DNA of 64,000 nucleotides, from NCBI GenBank assembly GCA_963781905.1, contig CAWAHZ010000008.1, forward strand, positions 21,536 through 85,535. Direction: 5' to 3'. Of the stretch, positions 59,238 to 64,000 are shown piece after piece. The notes under the pieces are model-generated. The model did not search any database and was not told the DNA's origin. It saw nothing but the letters and a program-made list of their open reading frames with translations. The DNA is from Bryobacterales bacterium. GTDB lineage: Bacteria > Acidobacteriota > Terriglobia > Bryobacterales > Bryobacteraceae. Each line of letters starts with the position of its first letter. Position 1 is the first letter of the stretch. Made by a program: the position numbers and the translations under genes.

Positions 59238-59465
59238 ATGGAAAATACCGAGCTGGACAAACTGAGATTCAACTACAAGGCGGCAGTGGAGCGCTGGGTC
59301 GCCGCCATTCGCGCTGAAGAAAACCTCGCGACGCCGGATCATTCCATGGTCGCGCTGGAGAACTGGGACCAAGCCAACTTCGCCGAGGAAGATTCGCGAA
59401 ACATCGCTAAGGCCGCTCGAACGGAATATCAGGACGCGCTACGCCAGGTACTCTATAATTTTTGA
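59238..59465 (+). CDS. Hypothetical small protein (75 aa)
   Basis: ATG 59238 lies 5 nt after the PiT stop. Helical sequence MENTELDKLRFNYKAAVERWVAAIRAEE... No domain recognised. Confidence 0.5.
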   Translation: MENTELDKLRFNYKAAVERWVAAIRAEENLATPDHSMVALENWDQANFAEEDSRNIAKAARTEYQDALRQVLYNF

Positions 59466-59485
59466 CCGTGGCATAATCTGTAGAG

Positions 59486-60409
59486 ATGGCGTCGTTCGCC
59501 GACCGCTTAGTCGAAAAGATCCGCTCCAAAGACAGCCGATGCGTGGTGGGCCTGGATCCGCGCATCGATCAGATGCCGGCGTTCATTCCACGTGGAAATG
59601 TCTGCTCTGCAATCACCCAATTCCATGAGCTAGTGCTCGATGCCGTGGCCGATCTGGTTCCGGCCGTAAAACCGCAATTGGCATTCTTCGAGCAGTACGG
59701 CGTAGCGGGCATACAGGCTTTCGAGAATACGGTGCTTGCGGCGAAAAAGCGCGGCCTGTTGGTAATCGCCGACGGCAAGCGCAACGATATTTCTTCCACT
59801 GCCGAAGCCTACGCGAATGCATACCTGGGACCGGACGTCTTCGATTGCGACGCTCTCACGGTGACTCCCTATATGGGTCGCGACAGCTTGATGCCTTTCG
59901 TCGAAGCATGCAAGAAGCACGGCAAAGGGTTGTTCGCGATTTTGAAAACATCCAATCCAGGATCTAAGGATTTTGAAGACCAGCCGCTCGAAGTCACTGG
60001 CCGGCCGCTGTATGAAAAAATCGCGGGCGCGTTGAATGAGCTGGGTGAAGGCTTGGTGGGTGCGTCGGGGTACAGTTCCATCGGGGCGGTAATCGGCGCG
60101 ACGTTTCCCGAAGAAGGCAGCCGGTTACGCACTCTGATGCCAAAAGCTCTGATCCTGGTGCCGGGCTACGGAACGCAAGGCGGCAGTGCGAAGGCCGCGG
60201 CGGAGTGCTTCAACGACGATGGCCTGGGCGCAATCGTGAACTCGTCGCGCGGAATCACTTACGCGTTCAGTGATCCGAATATTTCGCGCGATGCCTTCCA
60301 AAGAACCGTTCGCGAAAAAACGTTGACTATGATCGAAGACATCAACAAGGCGGTTAGCCTCGCAGCTCCGCAAACGCTTCTTCGATCTCCTGCTTTGCCG
60401 CTGGCGTAG
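59486..60409 (+). CDS. pyrF: Orotidine 5'-phosphate decarboxylase (type 2)
   Basis: VVGLDPR, VKPQLAFFE, DGKRNDI, PGYGTQGG, IVNSSRGI. Confidence 0.9.
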   Translation: MASFADRLVEKIRSKDSRCVVGLDPRIDQMPAFIPRGNVCSAITQFHELVLDAVADLVPAVKPQLAFFEQYGVAGIQAFENTVLAAKKRGLLVIADGKRNDISSTAEAYANAYLGPDVFDCDALTVTPYMGRDSLMPFVEACKKHGKGLFAILKTSNPGSKDFEDQPLEVTGRPLYEKIAGALNELGEGLVGASGYSSIGAVIGATFPEEGSRLRTLMPKALILVPGYGTQGGSAKAAAECFNDDGLGAIVNSSRGITYAFSDPNISRDAFQRTVREKTLTMIEDINKAVSLAAPQTLLRSPALPLA

Positions 60410-61238
60410 GAATAGTGAGTGGCAGGCGCGGCGGACCACCATAATAACCGGTCAGATCCATCGCGTACTTCAGCCCGCCGATGCCGTACTTCGTGGTCAC
60501 CAGCTTGGCTGCCCGGCCGATGCGGTTCTGCCAATCGAGCGCGGCTTCGGGCTCGCGCGTGCGATGCGCCTCCCAGATCGAGATGGTCGCGTAGGGCGCG
60601 GGATTCGCAAACGCCAGAATGCCTCCGCTACAGCCAATGGCGAGCGATGGCGCAAGCGTAGTGGCGGAACCCGTCAGCACCTGAAACCCCTTCTTCGTCT
60701 CGCGCACCATTTGCAGCAGTTTCTCAACGTTCCCCGAACTCTCCTTAATCCCGACGATGTTGGGATGATGCGATAGCTCGGCCACCGCCTCCGGCGCAAG
60801 ATCGATGCCGGTGTTTTGCGGGAAGTTGTAAAGCAGCACCGGGATCTTGGCCTGATCGGCGACGGCGCGGAAGAACAACATCTGCGTTTCGGGCTTCGCG
60901 AACTGACCCTTGAAGAACGACGGCGTTTTTACCAGCGCTGCTTTATATCCGATATCGGCCGCCCGATTGGTCAGAGCCACGGTCTGATGCACGCTGTCCA
61001 TGCCGGTTCCGGCGATCAACAGTTTCTCCGGCGCAGCCCATTGCGCCACCCATTCCCAGAGCTGGATCTTTTCGTCAGTCCCGAGCATCACGCTCTCACC
61101 CGTGGATGCCACCACCACGAAGCCCGCGAGACCCGTGGCGTTCCACTTCTCGACGTTATGCTGAACCTTCACTTTCCACATCTCGCCTTCGTGATTGAAG
61201 GGCGTGGTAATGGGACTAAAGATGCCTTGGAGCTTCAT
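60354..61238 (-). CDS. Dihydrodipicolinate synthase/N-acetylneuraminate lyase-family protein
   Basis: GIFSPITTPF, STGES, YNFP, and IVGIKES with the Schiff-base Lys. Confidence 0.85.
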   Translation of the reverse strand: MKLQGIFSPITTPFNHEGEMWKVKVQHNVEKWNATGLAGFVVVASTGESVMLGTDEKIQLWEWVAQWAAPEKLLIAGTGMDSVHQTVALTNRAADIGYKAALVKTPSFFKGQFAKPETQMLFFRAVADQAKIPVLLYNFPQNTGIDLAPEAVAELSHHPNIVGIKESSGNVEKLLQMVRETKKGFQVLTGSATTLAPSLAIGCSGGILAFANPAPYATISIWEAHRTREPEAALDWQNRIGRAAKLVTTKYGIGGLKYAMDLTGYYGGPPRLPLTIPTPAAKQEIEEAFAELRG

Positions 61239-61265
61239 ATGAGGAGCCGTTTCATAAATGGAAAC

Positions 61266-61288
61266 GGGAGTGGTCCAAAACCACTCCC
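61266..61288 (-). terminator. Hairpin after atpE (GGGAGTGGT-N5-ACCACTCCC), with an adjacent second hairpin at 61247-61267
   Basis: Perfect 9-bp stem 18 nt downstream of the atpE stop, followed in minus sense by GTTTCCATTTAT. Confidence 0.5.
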
Positions 61289-61305
61289 GCGTGGGATTCG
61301 TGCAG

Positions 61306-61608
61306 TTACTTCGCGATGAAGGTTACGATCAACGCGTACAGCGTGAGAGATTCGATGAGGGCCAATCCCAGAAGGAGGGAGAATCGGATACCGGCGGCAG
61401 CGCCAGGGTTGCGCGCCATCGCCTCGCAGGCCGCCGCTGTGGCTTTTCCTTGTCCCAGGCCGCACAAGCCGGCCGAAATTCCGAGCGCCAGGTAAGCAGC
61501 GGGTAAGTTCAGAGTGCCGGTGAGACCGCCTCCTCCGGGCGCCTGCGCGAACATCGGGCTGGCCAGCGTCATCAGCGCGGCTCCCGCATAGATCAGTTTA
61601 CGTTTCAT
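61306..61608 (-). CDS. atpE: F0F1 ATP synthase subunit c with signal-peptide-like N-terminal extension
   Basis: GLGQGKATAAACEAMARNPGAAAGIRFSLLLGLALIESLTLYALIV hairpin. AAGGAG lies 8 nt before ATG 61608, which supports the long N-terminus MKRKLIYAGAALMTLASPMFAQAPGGG. Confidence 0.9.
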   Translation of the reverse strand: MKRKLIYAGAALMTLASPMFAQAPGGGGLTGTLNLPAAYLALGISAGLCGLGQGKATAAACEAMARNPGAAAGIRFSLLLGLALIESLTLYALIVTFIAK

Positions 61609-61701
61609 TCAAGTGTTCTCCTTTTACTAAATTGATCGCAAGGAGGTGGTTCCCTGTCTATCCTGGGGGACGACGGGCTCACGCTTGCGAACGGATAATG
61701 C

Positions 61702-62445
61702 CTAGTGTTCTTCGTGTGCCACTGCGCCAGCGATATAAATGGTGCTGAGCAGCATGAATATGAATGCTTGTAAGAATGCAACGAACACGTGCAGCCCCAT
61801 GAAGATGACTGGCACCACGAAATATGTGAGGGCCAGAAACGTCAGAGTCACCTTTTCGCCGGCGAACATGTTCCCGAACAGACGGACTGTCAGGGAAAGC
61901 GGTCTTGAGAGATGGCTGATAATTTCGATCGGGATCATGAGCCACGCCAGGTACCACACCGGACCCGCGAAGTGCGCCAGGTATTTCCCGATGCCCTGTT
62001 CCCGGACCCCCATGTAGTTGTAATAGAGAAAAACTGAAACAGCGATGCCACAAGGGACCGCTGGGGTCATCGTCGGCGATTCGAAGCCTGGGATGATCCC
62101 GATCAGATTCATCAAAAGTATGAAGATGAAGATCGTCCCGATGAATGGGAGATATTTATTGGAACCATGCTCCAGCGCATCGTGCGCCTGGCCCGACAGG
62201 AAATTGTAGAGCGCTTCGAAAGTCAATTGCAGCTTGCCGGGAGCTTCCACCGAGAGCCTGGAGCGCAAGACCGCGAACAGGACGAAGATCACGGCCACCA
62301 CCAAAAGCTCCATGGTCAGCCAGTTTTCCCAGGGATGCGCTGGATCCGCGGCAGGCCGTCCAATGGCATTCAGGAAAGAATCGAGCGGGCCCGCCAGGAA
62401 GCGGTTGAAAAGTGCGGTGGGCCAGAGTTCCAGTTCAGCTTGCAT
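61702..62445 (-). CDS. atpB: F0F1 ATP synthase subunit a
   Basis: Conserved LSLTVRLFGNMFAGE (essential Arg). ATG 62445 (MQAELELW) is preferred. The track start at 62457 is a TTG. Confidence 0.9.
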   Translation of the reverse strand: MQAELELWPTALFNRFLAGPLDSFLNAIGRPAADPAHPWENWLTMELLVVAVIFVLFAVLRSRLSVEAPGKLQLTFEALYNFLSGQAHDALEHGSNKYLPFIGTIFIFILLMNLIGIIPGFESPTMTPAVPCGIAVSVFLYYNYMGVREQGIGKYLAHFAGPVWYLAWLMIPIEIISHLSRPLSLTVRLFGNMFAGEKVTLTFLALTYFVVPVIFMGLHVFVAFLQAFIFMLLSTIYIAGAVAHEEH

Positions 62446-62512
62446 AGATGAGTTCAACTAACATAGAGGAGTTCAATTAACATAGATGAGTTTAGCTACT
62501 GTAGATCAGTTC
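62437..62512. repeat. 4 x 19-nt tandem repeat spanning the atpI stop and atpB start
   Basis: Minus-sense units GAACTGATCTACAGTAGCT / AAACTCATCTATGTTAATT / GAACTCCTCTATGTTAGTT / GAACTCATCTATGCAAGCT, then a partial GAACTG. Confidence 0.85.
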
Positions 62513-62866
62513 GTATATGATTTCCAGGATCACCGCGCCTGTGCCGACAAACAGACCCGTCGCGCCAGCCGCTACATTTGGTCCAAGAAATTTGATTATA
62601 ACCCAGGCCGCAGCCAAGAGAACGGCGATGCGAACCACGAATAGCCAGGCAAAGCGCCTCTTGCCGTCCGGGCCCAGAGCGCCGGTAAAGCGTTGCCAGG
62701 AGACGAAGCTGAAGTAGGAGACTGCGGCCCCGAGCAGGAATGCGATCCCAGCCCGAAATCCACGCATGGATATGGCCAGGATGGTTCCGAGCAGCCCTAG
62801 CGCGGCAATGAGCCAGGAAATTCGCCGGCTGGCTCGCTCGTAAAACCGGGGGTCACTTTCCGGCAT
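62492..62866 (-). CDS. atpI: ATP synthase subunit I (AtpI)
   Basis: From ATG 62866. Four hydrophobic segments (ISWLIAALGLLGTILAI..., IAFLLGAAVSYFSF..., VRIAVLLAAAWVII..., GLFVGTGAVILEII). Positioned before atpB. Confidence 0.7.
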   Translation of the reverse strand: MPESDPRFYERASRRISWLIAALGLLGTILAISMRGFRAGIAFLLGAAVSYFSFVSWQRFTGALGPDGKRRFAWLFVVRIAVLLAAAWVIIKFLGPNVAAGATGLFVGTGAVILEIIYELIYSS

Positions 62867-63071
62867 CGTCTTGGGATAGATCGCGAACCAGTTCAATGAT
62901 GCCGGCGGCGATGCCCAACAGTAAGAATACAACCTTGAGGAAAGCGGTGTGGAAGACCTTGTCGAGGCCGTATCCGATCCCATACCCTACTGCCATCGAT
63001 ACCGGCAACAGGAATGCCATCCCGTAGTATTTGCCGAATTGTTGATACACATTGCCCGGTTTCTTAGGCAT
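62853..63071 (-). CDS. atpZ: AtpZ/AtpI-family small membrane protein
   Basis: From ATG 63071: YGMAFLLPVSMAVGYGIGYGLDKVF...LLLGIAAGIIELV, typical of the ATPase_gene1 family. Confidence 0.7.
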   Translation of the reverse strand: MPKKPGNVYQQFGKYYGMAFLLPVSMAVGYGIGYGLDKVFHTAFLKVVFLLLGIAAGIIELVRDLSQDDAGK

Positions 63072-63909
63072 GCACGCCACGTTTTCGTTGCAGGATGCCG
63101 ACGGCTTGTTCAGAAGTCTCCTTGACCAGAAACCCCATCTTCGGATGGCTGGGCGTAATGTCGGGCGCGAGGCCAAACTCCTCCAGCGTCTCAGTTGTGG
63201 TCGGGCCGATAGACGCGATCAGCATGCGGCGCAAGCCCTGCAGCATGGGCTCGGCCATCCGCTCTTCGGCGGCGATGCGGAACAGATGCAGGATCTGAAT
63301 GGATGTGGTGAACATCGCCACGTCTGCCCTGCCCTCCGAAATCCGATGAACCGCCTCCCGCAGCGGCGTCAGATCTTCAGGCAGATCCCATTGATACACG
63401 CGCACCGGTGTGACTGCGGCGCCCCGCGCGCGTAAGGCCTCCATCAACTCAATGTTTGGTTTCCCGTATTCTTGCACCGCGATCCGACGGGCATTGCCGC
63501 ACTCCGACCGTCCTTCGAGTGCGACGAGAAGCTCGCGCCAGGTGTTGGGTTCGGGCGCGGTAACTGTTACGGGAACCTTCAATTCGCGCAGCGCCGCCAG
63601 CGGTTTGGGACCTCGCGCAGCTACCGCGATCTTACGCAGCGCGTCGGCGAACTGCTGCTCCGGATAGCGCGATGACAGGACTTTATTCAGTGCCCGTGTG
63701 CCGACACCGGTGAGAAAGATCATCAAATCGAACTCGCCGCGGAACAGACGCTCGGCGAACTCGAAGGCTGGCGTGTTGTTTTCGAGGGGCGCCTCGCGCA
63801 TGGAAGGTGCAACAAACGGATCGCCCCCCTGCCGGCGAATCAATTCGGCCATTTCGGTGGCGCGCCGGCTCTCGAACGAGACCACGCGCAAACCATCGAA
63901 GGGCATCAC
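63064..63909 (-). CDS. hemD: Uroporphyrinogen-III synthase (HemD family)
   Basis: LRVVSFESRRATEMAELIRRQGG, IFLTGVGTRAL, ASIGPTTTETLEEFGL. Two-lobed HemD pattern. Confidence 0.8.
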   Translation of the reverse strand: MMPFDGLRVVSFESRRATEMAELIRRQGGDPFVAPSMREAPLENNTPAFEFAERLFRGEFDLMIFLTGVGTRALNKVLSSRYPEQQFADALRKIAVAARGPKPLAALRELKVPVTVTAPEPNTWRELLVALEGRSECGNARRIAVQEYGKPNIELMEALRARGAAVTPVRVYQWDLPEDLTPLREAVHRISEGRADVAMFTTSIQILHLFRIAAEERMAEPMLQGLRRMLIASIGPTTTETLEEFGLAPDITPSHPKMGFLVKETSEQAVGILQRKRGVHA

Positions 63910-64000
63910 CTCAGAGTAGCAGCCTGCTCTTTTTCGTATTGCTTCAGTACGCGATTGACGTACTGAATGGTCTCGGGATAGGGTGGGACGCCGTGATATT
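63906..64000 (-). CDS. 3' end of an unidentified gene (partial)
   Basis: My translation reads ...YHGVPPYPETIQYVNRVLKQYEKEQAATLR*. The stop overlaps the hemD start (GTGATG). There is faint resemblance to URO-D-family C-termini, which is not enough for a call. Confidence 0.35.
   Translation of the reverse strand, partial: YHGVPPYPETIQYVNRVLKQYEKEQAATLR

Noticed and set aside
60354-60409. 56-nt convergent overlap of the pyrF and DHDPS-family gene ends.
   Set aside because: This is most simply explained by late stop codons in GC-rich sequence. The last ~16 pyrF residues are not conserved-looking. There is no evidence of functional significance.
61306-63176. The atp cluster as an N-type (Na+) ATPase operon, or a Na+-specific c ring.
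   Set aside because: The gene order (atpZ-atpI-a-c) is F-type, not the atpDCQRBEFAG order of N-ATPases. The c subunit has Q...ES..Y but lacks the Thr at E+2, so ion specificity cannot be inferred.

Overview
A 64-kb, roughly 60% GC, gene-dense bacterial chromosome segment. It is probably Acidobacteriota. That is inference only, based on an NHL-repeat protein with a Solibacter-type TIGR03437-like C-terminal domain, many Sec/Tat-exported enzymes, frequent GTG/TTG starts and 4-nt ATGA gene overlaps. Most of the window is housekeeping or central metabolism. In order: a TetR-controlled HlyD/TolC efflux module; vapBC; a secreted NHL protein and a matrixin protease; purA; an iorAB-type molybdoenzyme with an alpha/beta hydrolase and a B3 metallo-beta-lactamase; pheST; rpmB; hsp20; guaB; a four-gene operon asnB-like/GT4/DegT/fliD; a carbohydrate supercluster (malQ-tal-pgi-gnd-zwf-pgl, glgX, an OprB porin, an MFS transporter, an FGGY kinase); cytochrome P460; an esterase; HMG-CoA-lyase-like; a Tat-signal MDR dehydrogenase; a PiT phosphate transporter; pyrF; and a split F0 operon (atpZ-atpI-atpB-atpE) preceded by hemD. 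The clear accessory patch lies at 46.5-51.2 kb. It holds tRNA-Ser(UGA), a decayed 1.5-kb IS3-family element inserted into the 3' end of one of two tandem lipocalin-like genes, a degenerate second copy of the tRNA-Ser 3' end, an AF2212-like antitoxin with a decayed PIN toxin, and lower-GC unassignable DNA. Other observations worth a second look: many single-nucleotide frame disruptions in conserved genes (GT4, transaldolase, P460 twice, others); a 4 x 19-nt tandem array across the atpI/atpB junction; 3 x 15-nt direct repeats in the glgX leader; a ~127-nt imperfect hairpin between convergent genes; and a fliD cap gene without flagellin or fliS neighbours. I did not recognise a clear-cut novel multi-gene system such as a defence island. 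The candidates below are ranked honestly.
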